A stretch of DNA of 64,000 nucleotides, taken from the NCBI GenBank assembly GCA_963845065.1, contig CAWJQQ010000008.1, positions 32,001-96,000 of the forward strand. The letters run 5' to 3'. Below are positions 22,355 through 31,919 of this stretch, piece after piece. The notes beneath the pieces were generated by a model. That model saw only the letters and a list, made by a program, of their open reading frames with translations, was not told the origin of the DNA and ran no database searches. Each line of letters opens with the position of its first letter. The stretch's first letter is position 1. The position numbers and the translations under genes are program-made. The DNA is from Nitrospirota bacterium (GTDB lineage: Bacteria > Nitrospirota > UBA9217).

Positions 22355-22390
22355 TAAAAGGGCCAATTTCTCAGGAAATTGGCCCTTTTA
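22355..22390. terminator. bidirectional rho-independent terminator
   Basis: Perfect 16-bp stem TAAAAGGGCCAATTTC-TCAG-GAAATTGGCCCTTTTA between convergent genes. Confidence 0.8.
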
Positions 22391-22567
22391 CATTTCATAC
22401 TTGATTAATAATCATATTACACAGCTCTCTGAGAGGCACTCACGCGATCTGCAAATGTTTATTTCTAATTGTCAACTCTTTTCGTGACCAGAGCACATGA
22501 CTTTCTGGTACTATGCACTCTGGACAGCGGAGAGGGCTGCAAATTTGTTTTGTAAGTACGCGTCCTT

Positions 22568-23592
22568 TCATAGAGAGCTTCTCCCTCCCCGGCCAAAGGA
22601 AATACCTAGATTTCTCATTCTAGCCCTCAATGTGCTTGCATTTAGCCCTAGCACTTCTGCAGCCCCCCCGTTCCCATGGACTTTGCCTTTCGTAAGGTCT
22701 AGAACATATTTAATGTGGCGCGCCATTACATCATCTATTAATAGAGATTCATTACCTGAAGGCCCAACAACTGTTTCCTTGGTCTCTTTGTGATGCTGCA
22801 GATTATCAATAAACAGCGGTTCTCCTTCTTTGTTTACTATAAGCGCCCGCTCCACGATGTTTTCAAGCTCCCTTACGTTTCCCGGCCAATCGTACGCCAT
22901 GAGCAGGTCAATTGCCCCAGGTGAGAGGCGGGGAGGTTTTTTTATTCCGAGTTCATTTGATTTACGATCAATAAAATGACGCACAAGGGCCGGGATATCG
23001 GATTTCCTTTCCCGAAGCGGAGGGATCACGATAGGGAATACGTTCAGCCTGAACCAGAGGTCTTCACGGAAGATTCCTTCCCTGACCATGCCTTCAAGAT
23101 TCCGGTGGGTTGCAGCGATGATTCTTATATCAACCTTTACGGGACCTGATCCTCCGACCCGCTCGATCTCTTTGTGTTGCAGCACACGGAGCATTTTCAC
23201 CTGCGCCTGGAGCGTTAACTCCCCTATCTCGTCCAGAAAAACGGTCCCCTTGTCACCACGCTCGAAAATGCCGCGCTTTAAGGAGACAGCGCCCGTGAAC
23301 GCCCCCTTTTCGTGGCCGAACAGTTCGCTGTCTACGAGCGTGTCAGTAATGGCGCCGCAGTTTACTCTGATGAAGGGACCGTCCCGGCGCATTGAACGAT
23401 TATGAATCGCGTTGGCAACTATTTCCTTGCCGACTCCCGTTTCACCGAGCAAAAGTACAGGGCTGCTCAGATGGGCAACCTGCGTCACCTTCTTCATGAC
23501 ATCCTTCAATCCCACTTCACCGCCCGTAAGCCTATCCCCTGAAAGCCGCTTCACCTCTCCTTGAAGGTGGTGGTTATCATCAGCAAGCCTGT
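22568..23592 (-). pseudogene. sigma-54 activator, 3' part (AAA+ and HTH), interrupted by transposon
   Basis: GETGVGKE, GAFTGA, FLDEIGEL, WPGNVRELEN and HTH; rejoins the 5' part in frame once the element and one TSD are removed. Confidence 0.92.
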
Positions 23593-23720
23593 TGTAATCT
23601 TCAACAATATGGTCTAATGATGAGCTAAAGTAAAATACCTCAAAAACCGGGATACAACAATGTTGAAGCAACAATGTTAGGCCGGAGACAGCCGAAAAAC
23701 TCAACAGTATTTTACCCCGG

Positions 23721-23945
23721 TCAGTAGTGGCCAGTCCTCCCGTGAGTCAGTCCGTGACGATCGAGGATCCTGTTAATGGAGCGCAGGGAGGGAAGCGGCT
23801 CCACGCAGAGTTGCTCCAATTCTTCACGAATGGCCTTGTCGCCGCACGGGAGTCCCCGGTTGTAGAGATACAATCTAACCAGCTTTACTATCTTCTCGAT
23901 TTTTTCCCTTTGCCGTCGATGCCGACAGGCTTCGCCTGCGGACAT
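23721..23945 (-). CDS. small HTH-like protein within transposon
   Basis: Immediately downstream of the ATPase gene; PLPSLRSINRILDRHGL resembles transposase HTH segments. Confidence 0.55.
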   Translation of the reverse strand: MSAGEACRHRRQREKIEKIVKLVRLYLYNRGLPCGDKAIREELEQLCVEPLPSLRSINRILDRHGLTHGRTGHY

Positions 23946-23947
23946 CG

Positions 23948-24742
23948 CTACAACTCCTGTGTAGCCCGGTAGATATCCTCTTCGCTCAGCGTTTCTTTTT
24001 TTTCGATGGCGCCGATAGTCATGGCCTTGACGCAGAGGGAGTTGATGACCCGTGGAATGCCGGTGGAGTTTTGATGGACGGCGGCCAGGGCGCTTTGATT
24101 GAACAACGGGTCCTTGCGTCCCGCGAGGGCCAGGTGATGCCGGACATAGGCGGACGTTTCTTCCTGGGTAAACGGCGGGAGGTGATATTTGAGGGTTATC
24201 CTCTGGTTAAAGGGCTGATGGATGGGACGCAGGAGTCTTTCCCGAAGGTGTTGTTGACCGAGCAGGATAAAGAGGGCGGGGTCTGAGGAATCCATTGCGA
24301 AGTTGGCGATGATCTGCAGTTCATAGAAGTTTTCATTGATTAGAAAGTGCGCTTCATCGAAGATGATGACTGGGATTTTTTTCTGGTTTTGAACATGGTC
24401 CTTGATCGAGTCCTGAATGGAAGCGAAGAGTTGAGACTTTCTATAGAGCGGTTCTCCTCCCAGAAGCACGCAGAGTTGTCTGTAGAAGTCGATCATATTG
24501 ACGGTAGAGAGAGGCATGTAGACCACTTTGTAGAGATTGGGATTGAGCGCGTCGGAGAAGGCTCTTACGTGAAGGGTCTTGCCTGTGCCGGGCGTTCCGG
24601 TTATCAGCATGAAGCCCCGGGTCTGCTTCATGTGTTCAAGCCGTCTTGACAGTTCCCTCGAAGAGTCATAGACGAAGATATCCTTTGGGTTAATATCTTT
24701 CCGGAACGGCGTGTTTTTCAGGTTATAATAAGCCTCGATCAT
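23948..24742 (-). CDS. transposon AAA+ ATPase (ExeA/TnsC/MuB-like)
   Basis: GTPGTGKT Walker A, IIFDEAH Walker B, GIPRVIN; overlaps the transposase stop. Confidence 0.9.
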   Translation of the reverse strand: MIEAYYNLKNTPFRKDINPKDIFVYDSSRELSRRLEHMKQTRGFMLITGTPGTGKTLHVRAFSDALNPNLYKVVYMPLSTVNMIDFYRQLCVLLGGEPLYRKSQLFASIQDSIKDHVQNQKKIPVIIFDEAHFLINENFYELQIIANFAMDSSDPALFILLGQQHLRERLLRPIHQPFNQRITLKYHLPPFTQEETSAYVRHHLALAGRKDPLFNQSALAAVHQNSTGIPRVINSLCVKAMTIGAIEKKETLSEEDIYRATQEL

Positions 24743-25986
24743 GGTTTATCCTCCTCATTCGTGAACCTGATTCCCCGGTGAGGGGAATCGGCGTTTTCAT
24801 TGGCATTGAGTTTTCTAAGAGCCGCTACGGGTTGATCCTCCTCATAGATCGAGAGGTTATCCGGCTTGTCGGAGGGATATCTGATCTCTATTTTTTTGCC
24901 CATAAACCGTGTCGGGCACTCATAGAAGACGCCCGAAATTTTCACCGTAGCGTCGTTTTTCACGACTCTATGGAGCGTGATCATGAAAGCCCTGTCGAGT
25001 TCTTCTTCAGGGACTTTTTTAATGGCGGTAGTCTTGAGAGAATTCATCATCCTGTCCAGAGGGGTCTCGCCTATGCCGTGATGGAACTGCCTGTGGTAGT
25101 CCTGGTCGAGCCAGCGGCGGAAGAGGTCGTTCAGATGGTCGAGGTCCTCTATCTGGTCCGGATCGATGAGGGAGAGGAACTTCTGCCGGACGGTCCTGTG
25201 GTAACGTTCAATTTTACCGCGAGATGGGCTGTCATAAGGCCGTGAATGGATCAACGCGATGCCGAGTCTCGCGCAGGCCAGTTGCAGATGCGCGCTGACG
25301 AAGATGCTGCCGTTGTCGCAATAGACGGCCTGAGGAAGCCCGAAGCGCCTGATGCCTTCCTTCAGAATGAGTTCGAGGCAGAGGGAGTTTTCCTGGAAGA
25401 AGAACCTGGCGCCGGTAATGACCCGTGAGTGGTCGTCAATCGCCGATATGAGAAACACCTTGTGTTTTTTCTTTCCGTACCGGATGAGCGGACCGTACAT
25501 GGTGTCGGCAATCCAGAGATCGTTCACCTGGTCATGCTCGAACTTCTTCCTGGGTTCAGGCGATGCCGTCTTGCGCAGTCCGTTATCCCCGACGTATTTT
25601 CTGAGCGTTCCCTCGTTGAACTGGCCCAGCCTGATTTCTCCCTCGGCGATCATCAACCGGTAAAGGGCGGCAGAGGAGAGACCGGAATACCTGGCGAGAT
25701 ACTTCCGGATCGCCTCGCCCGTCGCCGGGTTGATCTTCCTTGGGGTCCCCTTGTCCTCCCTCTCTTTGGGCAAAAGCGAGTCGAAGCCTTTCCCCCGGTA
25801 CCGCTTAAGCCATTTTTTCAGGGTGTCGGCCCTGAACCTCCTTCTGCCGATATGGGGCACTTCGTGCTCTTTACCGGCCACCTCCCTGAAATACTTGCTC
25901 TGCACATCCACCTGCTGCAAAAGCACGGGAGCAATGAGCGCATACTTGAAAAGAGCGATGTCGGTCCGTCTTTTAACATCATCCAT
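24739..25986 (-). CDS. DDE transposase (rve core, Mu-like C-terminus)
   Basis: LWIADT, IDDHSR, YCDNG and SRGKIER motifs; C-terminal RVVKNDATVKISG. Confidence 0.93.
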   Translation of the reverse strand: MDDVKRRTDIALFKYALIAPVLLQQVDVQSKYFREVAGKEHEVPHIGRRRFRADTLKKWLKRYRGKGFDSLLPKEREDKGTPRKINPATGEAIRKYLARYSGLSSAALYRLMIAEGEIRLGQFNEGTLRKYVGDNGLRKTASPEPRKKFEHDQVNDLWIADTMYGPLIRYGKKKHKVFLISAIDDHSRVITGARFFFQENSLCLELILKEGIRRFGLPQAVYCDNGSIFVSAHLQLACARLGIALIHSRPYDSPSRGKIERYHRTVRQKFLSLIDPDQIEDLDHLNDLFRRWLDQDYHRQFHHGIGETPLDRMMNSLKTTAIKKVPEEELDRAFMITLHRVVKNDATVKISGVFYECPTRFMGKKIEIRYPSDKPDNLSIYEEDQPVAALRKLNANENADSPHRGIRFTNEEDKP

Positions 25987-26242
25987 AGAGAGCCCTCCTT
26001 TGAATTTTTGAGGAGCTTACTTCATTGCCAGCCTGCAGGATATACGACGGACTGTAAAAAGAGGGGGTCTTGGCCTATAGAGCGGGCGGAGGGTATAAAA
26101 AAATCGAGATTGAGAGCAGAGGGGCTTCCGAGCCGGACGGAAAACCGGCTCTTCAAGACGAAAGATGCGGAGAAACGGCTCTTGCGGGGAGCGCGGACGG
26201 ACCCAACTGCTCTTCCGGCGCGCAGATATCCCGTCAAACCGC

Positions 26243-26965
26243 TTATCTGAACTGTGAAGGGGTGCCGAAAAGGAAATAGCCATTTCTAAAATGGCCACCG
26301 TTTAACAGGTAATAGTCATAGCCCAGGGCGCAGGGCCCGCGGATTGGTTGACCGGTCTTGTGGCAGGCAAAGTTTTCCGCAAAGACAAGAAACACCTTTA
26401 TCCGCTGTCTCCCGAAGGGGCTTTGAAGGGCGGACTCCGCCTCTTTATAAAAACCCACGACCGACATCTTGTTTATACAGGCAAGGATAAAGGCCTTAAA
26501 ACCCTGGAATGTGCTTGTGCTTATGTCTATATACTCCGCTGTTTCCAACCCGGCCAGATAATCCAAAAGCTCCTTTACCGAGTTATCCTCCCCGAAAACC
26601 TTCTTGAGACAGCTGATGATAAACGGGATCGAATACTTCGTATAGGGCACAAGCTGGTAGGGGAGAAGCGAAAAAGTCCGGTGTTTTATCGAAAGCGCAG
26701 ACCCCTTTCGATTGCATAAATATCGCGCTATGGGGAAGGCCTTGTAATAGGTGCCCTTTTCATTAATAACGCTTCGATAATAATAGCCGATGAACTGCGC
26801 ACACTCCTTGCCCCCGCACAACGGACACTGCGCTCCAAAGTCATAGGGCAGATCGAGAAACGCCGCGACGTCCTCGCATTTTCCGTTGACTTGACTGTAA
26901 TAGCTGTTTAAGGTATAACCTATTAGAGTAAGTATCTGGATGTGGTCGGCAGCGCGCCGCTCCAT
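26243..26965 (-). CDS. transposon-associated Zn-finger protein (DUF6431-like)
   Basis: CPLCGGKEC..IGYYYR...RYLC...HRTFSLLPYQLVPY; first gene of the element. Confidence 0.65.
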   Translation of the reverse strand: MERRAADHIQILTLIGYTLNSYYSQVNGKCEDVAAFLDLPYDFGAQCPLCGGKECAQFIGYYYRSVINEKGTYYKAFPIARYLCNRKGSALSIKHRTFSLLPYQLVPYTKYSIPFIISCLKKVFGEDNSVKELLDYLAGLETAEYIDISTSTFQGFKAFILACINKMSVVGFYKEAESALQSPFGRQRIKVFLVFAENFACHKTGQPIRGPCALGYDYYLLNGGHFRNGYFLFGTPSQFR

Positions 26966-27115
26966 ACGGCGTCTGCCGACAATTATTCTACATCATCGGG
27001 ATACCACATTGACAATCTTTTACATCGCCATTCTTCTACCCCACCCTCCCAAAACAGGCTACGGCATTTCTAACGATTACTGCCCCTTCTTACATTAATA
27101 TTGTTGAGGATAACA

Positions 27116-27652
27116 CCTGTCCGTTAGCGTGAGTACTTCCTCATGCCTCAAGGCATTGGACATTGCGATAGCAAAAGGCTCTTTCAATAAGGAGACGAGT
27201 CGAGCATGTTCCTCGGTATGTGCAGTATCTCCAGACGTGCAGATGACGAGAGAGCCTATTCCCTGGCTCTCCAGAATCAGCGGCATCATAATGCAGGATG
27301 TGGCGGGTTTTTTTTGAAACTGCTGACTGAAAATATCTGACACAAGAGGGAAAAAAGGATCGGCATGCGAACGGAGAAATATTTTTACGTTTCCACTATG
27401 AAAGTTTTTCTCAATGAATTCCTGGGCCGCCGGGGACATAGGGGTAAGTATGTCTACTGCTTTACTTTCCTCTTTTGTTGCAATGACAATCATCCTTACC
27501 GACGCCAGATCGGCCTGATAAAGAGAAAGACTCATCCAATCGACTGGCATCACAAGAGAAAAGTACGAGAGGCATCGTCCAACTGCTTTTGAAATGTCGA
27601 GGGTGCTCAGTATCTGGAAGGATGCCTGTCTGAAAAATTCATTTTCGTCCAT
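27116..27652 (-). pseudogene. sigma-54 activator, 5' part (GAF domain)
   Basis: MDENEFFRQAS...EEHARLVSLLKEPFAIAMSNALRHEEV; cut at the TSD. Confidence 0.88.
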
Positions 27653-27712
27653 TCAATATCTCCTCAGAAACCATCAAAATACATTTTTATCAAATATGAC
27701 TATTTTAGCCTA

Positions 27713-27734
27713 TTATTGCCAAATATAGCAATAA
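27713..27734. promoter_or_regulatory. candidate enhancer (UAS) palindrome
   Basis: TTATTGC-N8-GCAATAA about 70 bp upstream of the sigma-54 promoter. Confidence 0.45.
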
Positions 27735-27802
27735 AAATGTGACATATGACACTCATGATATTCCATCTTATACATCTCATTGAAAATACGGTTTTTTATG
27801 TC

Positions 27803-27818
27803 TGGCACGATAATGGCA
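27803..27818 (+). promoter_or_regulatory. sigma-54 (-24/-12) promoter
   Basis: TGGCACGATAATGGCA = GG-N10-GC, divergent from a GAFTGA activator gene. Confidence 0.7.
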
Positions 27819-28303
27819 ATAGAGAGATGCAGAATGCAGGGGAGTTACTGGTTGAGAAAGAATTGATTAGTATGAGTGCCACGATGCAGTGCATATTTTG
27901 TGATAGTGTGATTCCTGTTATGGGCGGTGGTATGAGCATATCATGGAACACCTTAGGTCAGAAGCGGAGATTACAATCTCAAAGGTTTATTGGAACCTTG
28001 TGCATAAGTCCATCATGAAGGTGGAAGCAGATGCGTAAAGAGGTGTTACTGTCGTATAGAAAAGGCCAGTATAGAAAAAAGATAATTTTTTTTTCCTTAA
28101 TAGTGAATAAATACAGACTAACCATAAACGGAAAGGATGTGTTAAGCCCCGTGGAGGGGCCTGCAGGCAGCAAAACATCAGTACGACCGGGCGAAGCCCG
28201 GACATCATAAGGAAATATGAGATACCGGGTGTAAAGACGAATCGTTTCAGCAGTAGGACGTTGCATTAAGATCTAAACCTACAAAAAAGAAAAGGAGAAT
28301 AAA

Positions 28304-28618
28304 ATGAAAAAGACAATGGTATTTGTAATGATGATCGTGAGTGTAATTGCTTTTGGATCGGCTTTTGCGGTAGAGAACGCGGCTGCGCAGGAAAATAACG
28401 GAATGGCCTATAATGGCATCACCTACTTCGATTTCGGACCTGCTTCAACATATGTAGAAGTGGCAGCAGCCGGCAAAGGAACCGCAATATTGTCATATAA
28501 CGGGATCACATATATTGACCAGGAACAGCCTGTATCCGAGGCGAAAGGCTTTGCTGCCGGAGGATCGCAGCTGGGCAGATCGATGAATAAATTTTACAAC
28601 GGCATCACAGTATTTTAA
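28304..28618 (+). CDS. secreted small protein with three NGITx[FI] repeats
   Basis: AAGGAG RBS, Sec signal peptide ending AFA, repeats YNGITYF / YNGITYI / YNGITVF. Confidence 0.85.
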   Translation: MKKTMVFVMMIVSVIAFGSAFAVENAAAQENNGMAYNGITYFDFGPASTYVEVAAAGKGTAILSYNGITYIDQEQPVSEAKGFAAGGSQLGRSMNKFYNGITVF

Positions 28619-28732
28619 GGACGAACACCGATATCTCAGAGTAAGAAACACAATGCTGGAAACTCCCTCACAAAAGCTGTGATGGGATCAAATTAAGATA
28701 TGGTAGAGACATAAAGAAAGGAGGTGACATGT

Positions 28733-29032
28733 ATGAAAAAGATTTTAATTGTTCTGGGCGTCCTAGTTATTGCTCTTACCTTGGGAACTGCTTATGCTGG
28801 CAGCAAAGATATGAGCGCTGGTGAGTATAATGGTGTTACGGCATTTGAAAAGGTTCCTATTGCATCACATGATCTTTCGCCTGGCCTCACCCTGGAGAAC
28901 GGTATTACCGCGTTTGAAGTTCTCCCCATGAAAGCGTGGGAAGAAGGTGTAGCGGCGGGCGGCGGGCGTACAATGGAACCGACCAGAGAATTTCAAAATG
29001 GAATTACCTATTTTGGTGCCCCAGCAGAGTAA
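28733..29032 (+). CDS. secreted small protein with three NG[IV]TxF repeats (paralogue)
   Basis: AGGAGG RBS, signal peptide ending AYA, repeats YNGVTAF / ENGITAF / QNGITYF. Confidence 0.85.
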   Translation: MKKILIVLGVLVIALTLGTAYAGSKDMSAGEYNGVTAFEKVPIASHDLSPGLTLENGITAFEVLPMKAWEEGVAAGGGRTMEPTREFQNGITYFGAPAE

Positions 29033-29113
29033 CAATGGTCGCGAGACAAGGGTAAACAAAGCGATACCATTCTAAAGGGTTCGCAAAAACAGTTTGGTGT
29101 ATCAACTGACAAG

Positions 29114-29144
29114 AAAGCAGGCTGAAAATCGACCTGCTTTTTTT
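29114..29144 (+). terminator. rho-independent terminator
   Basis: AAAGCAGG...CCTGCTTT followed by T tract, after the two repeat-protein genes. Confidence 0.65.
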
Positions 29145-29249
29145 GTTTTCGGCTATCGCATGTAATTTCATCAGGTCAATTATTCGACAGCGCCTGTGAT
29201 TGATGCGAAAAACCTTATTATCTGAACAGTAGCATTTTTCTTCGACATA

Positions 29250-29879
29250 ACCGAAAAAAAGAAACTGGAAGCCGCGCTCAAGGCCAGCCTGGAAAAGATG
29301 AACAGAGTGGTAGACGAAACGGTTAAGGCCTTGGCTTCGGCAGTAGAGACAAGGGATCTCTATACGGCGAGCCATCAACGGCGGGTGGCCTCCCTGGCAT
29401 GTGCTATCGCCGAGGAAATGGGAGGAATTGAAGATGATCAGATGAAAGGCATCAGAACCGCCGCTGTTCTTCATGATATCGGGAAACTGCGTGTCCCTTT
29501 CGAACTGTTGAGCAATCCTGGGCAGTTTAAAGATATCGAATTCGTGCTGATAAAAAGCCATCCGCAAGCTGGTTATGATATTTTGAAGGAAATCGAGTTC
29601 CCCGGCCTGTTGCTCGGATTGTTCAACAACACAATGAACATCTGAACGGAAGGGGGTATCCGGCTGCCTGAAAGGAGACAGTATACTTCTGGAGGCGCAT
29701 ATGATAGGGATTACTGATGTCGTTGAGGCGATGTCGTCTCACCGCCCTTATCGCCTAGCCAAGGGAATAAATGCTGCATTGCAGGAAATCAGCCGGGCAC
29801 GGGGAGTTTTCATGATCCTGAGGCAGTCGATGCCTGTCTAACATTATTCAAGAAAGGGTTTGTACTATCAGGTGAATGA
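29250..29879 (+). pseudogene. degraded HD-GYP phosphodiesterase
   Basis: HQRRVA, LHDIGK and HPQAGYDIL, then frameshifts; later frames give GYP and DVVEAMSSHRPYR; N-terminus missing. Confidence 0.85.
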
Positions 29880-30017
29880 AAGAATCGATCTTTCCTCTTC
29901 GACACCGCCTTCGATATAGGCGAAATGATCCTGTGGAAAAGCGAGACATCGGGATTATCAATATAGTCACCGATCTCTGATTCTTGGAAGCATAAAGGTG
30001 CCAAACTACAAACTTAT

Positions 30018-30654
30018 GGTATTATATACTTGACTCCCAAGAAAAAGCCAAAGGTTTCTCGTGAAGAGCAGGGACGAAAATCTGCCAGCAAGAAAAACAT
30101 GTAATTGCCGAGAGGAAGGTTCACTGTGACAGAAAGAATCACTATGACCGAGCCATTGCCAACAACCGCCGTCGTCCGCGTCTCGCGCGCCAGCTTCGAC
30201 CCAAGCCGGTTCGCCGAGGTCGACGCCATGAGCAAAAAGACCTCGGAGTACATAATCCCGGCCATCAGGCGGCTGTCGGGGCTCATTCACTTTTATGCGG
30301 GCGTCTCGCCAAAGGGATCGATCGTGCAAGTTAGTGTCTGGGACTCGGACGAGCATGCGGGGCAGCTGGACCGGCTGAAGGAGATGGTCGTCGACGGGCG
30401 CAGGGATATGGAGGCGGTCGGCGTGACATTCACCCCGATTGTTAACTACCCGATCGACTGGACCTGGATCGTCTGACCTGATTCGGCAACCCAGGATCAT
30501 GATACAGGCCGCCCTGGCCAGGCGGGATCTCGCCGTGGGGCGGGTGCCAGCGGACACACCCGGCAACGATTATCAAGCAGTTCAGGGCAATGCTAGATAG
30601 GTTTTGAAAGAGGTCTAGTATTAGAAGCGCTAGGGAGTTAAGTACATAATTCCC
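30018..30654. mobile_element. non-autonomous IS-derived cassette with passenger gene (IS1595-like ends)
   Basis: TIRs GGTATTATATACTTGACTCCC and GGAATTATGTACTTAACTCCC (rc); AAACTTAT duplicated at 30010-30017 and 30655-30662. Confidence 0.8.
30144..30476 (+). CDS. small dimeric alpha-beta barrel (ABM-like) protein
   Basis: PAIRRLSGLIHFYAG...VSVWDSDEHA pattern; GC-richer than its flanks. Confidence 0.6.
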   Translation: MTEPLPTTAVVRVSRASFDPSRFAEVDAMSKKTSEYIIPAIRRLSGLIHFYAGVSPKGSIVQVSVWDSDEHAGQLDRLKEMVVDGRRDMEAVGVTFTPIVNYPIDWTWIV

Positions 30655-31016
30655 AAACTTATGGGTATAGTCTCATATGTAATTTTCAACCAGTAGTCTG
30701 CATAGAAATTTTGTCAACACGGCTGCAAGCTTGTAGGTGCAGCTCACAGAGATTTTAATTTCCTTGAGGTGAAGAATATCGTTTATAACTTTTAGTAAAT
30801 TGTACATCCTCAAGCTGATGAAATTATTTTTGGAATACTATATTCCCCCCGTTAAAACTGTTAACGTCTGCTCATCCATTCGCAGCAGTTGACACAGAAC
30901 TTAATCAGGGATATATTCGCTTAGATTGCATCAAATCGACCTGTCATAATCTTCATTGATTTTAGTCTCACGTTTGTGGTTCCACGGCTGATGCCGACGT
31001 TCTGCAAGAGTAGACT

Positions 31017-31547
31017 ATGAGAATCGAAACTGATATTAATAAAATAGAGCAATTATCACAACAGCGAAACGATGCAAACTGGGCGTTCCGTACTTTTCTG
31101 AAAGGATCTGCCTTATCGGCTGCGAAGATCGATTCCATAGTACATGATCTCTACAAAGAAGTCTCATCTCAAATTGATTGTACTCAGTGCGGAAACTGTT
31201 GCAAAGTGATTCATCCTATTCTGTTGTCGGGCGATATAAAAAGACTGGCGCGCCAATTCGAATTAACCTCAAAAGAATTTCGGTCTCGTTTTCTGAAGAA
31301 AAATGATAAAGGCGCAGGCTTAATTTTCAATGGACGGCCTTGCCCATTCTTAAAGAACAATCGCTGCCAAGTTTATGAAAACCGACCACGTGATTGCCGT
31401 TCATATCCACATCTTCATAAACGCGAGTTTATCTTCAGGATGTACCAGGTAGTCTCCAACTGCCCCATTTGTCCGATTGTGTTTAATGTTTACGAAGGAC
31501 TTAAACAAACCTTTTGGCCGATAGATAAAAATAATTTAAGAGGATGA
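31017..31547 (+). CDS. YkgJ family cysteine-cluster protein
   Basis: CTQCGNCC, PCPFL, CQVYENRPRDCRSYP motifs. Confidence 0.88.
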   Translation: MRIETDINKIEQLSQQRNDANWAFRTFLKGSALSAAKIDSIVHDLYKEVSSQIDCTQCGNCCKVIHPILLSGDIKRLARQFELTSKEFRSRFLKKNDKGAGLIFNGRPCPFLKNNRCQVYENRPRDCRSYPHLHKREFIFRMYQVVSNCPICPIVFNVYEGLKQTFWPIDKNNLRG

Positions 31548-31919
31548 TGTTCATGGTAGCCATAACACGGGATCAAACAACTTCCGCGAGAGTTTGCGTG
31601 TTTATGAAGTTAGAACCTCCTTCCTGAATCAAATGATATTTTCATTCAAATCTATTTGAAGTTTTTTAGTCAACTGTGCTTCCTGTACTTCGCAAAGGTT
31701 ACATTTTTTGAGAATTGTATAATAAACGCCTTAAAAAATGTAAATTCTTCATTTTGGTCATAAGGTAGGATAGAATGCCAAATTTGCTGACCTACCCACG
31801 GTTTAGTAGCCGAGAGTTCACCTTCGCTCTTTATCTTCCAATGCAGCTTGTTTTCCGATATAATCTCGTTTAAGCTATATTCCGTTTTCAGTGTTTAGAT
31901 ACTGTAAACAGGAGGATGC

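Larger units (their letters stand above)
23593..27115 (-). mobile_element. 3523-bp Mu/Tn7-like transposon with TGT...ACA ends and 5-bp TSD
   Basis: Ends TGTAATCTTCAACAATAT and TGTTATCCTCAACAATAT (rc); CCTGT duplicated at 23588-23592 and 27116-27120. Confidence 0.93.

Noticed and set aside
23593..23704. N-terminal 37 aa of the 378-aa ORF 22568-23704
   Set aside because: Read-in from the transposon end; the true 5' part of the activator is at 27116-27652.
30985..31005. CGGCTGATGCCGACGTTCTGC before the YkgJ gene resembles the 3' half of an integron attC
   Set aside because: No complementary 5' half or matching R'' box could be paired, and there is no intI; at most a relic.
31776..31825. Possible c-di-GMP riboswitch upstream of the GGDEF gene
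   Set aside because: Lacks the GEMM P1 GCAAA/GNRA architecture; resemblance is superficial.
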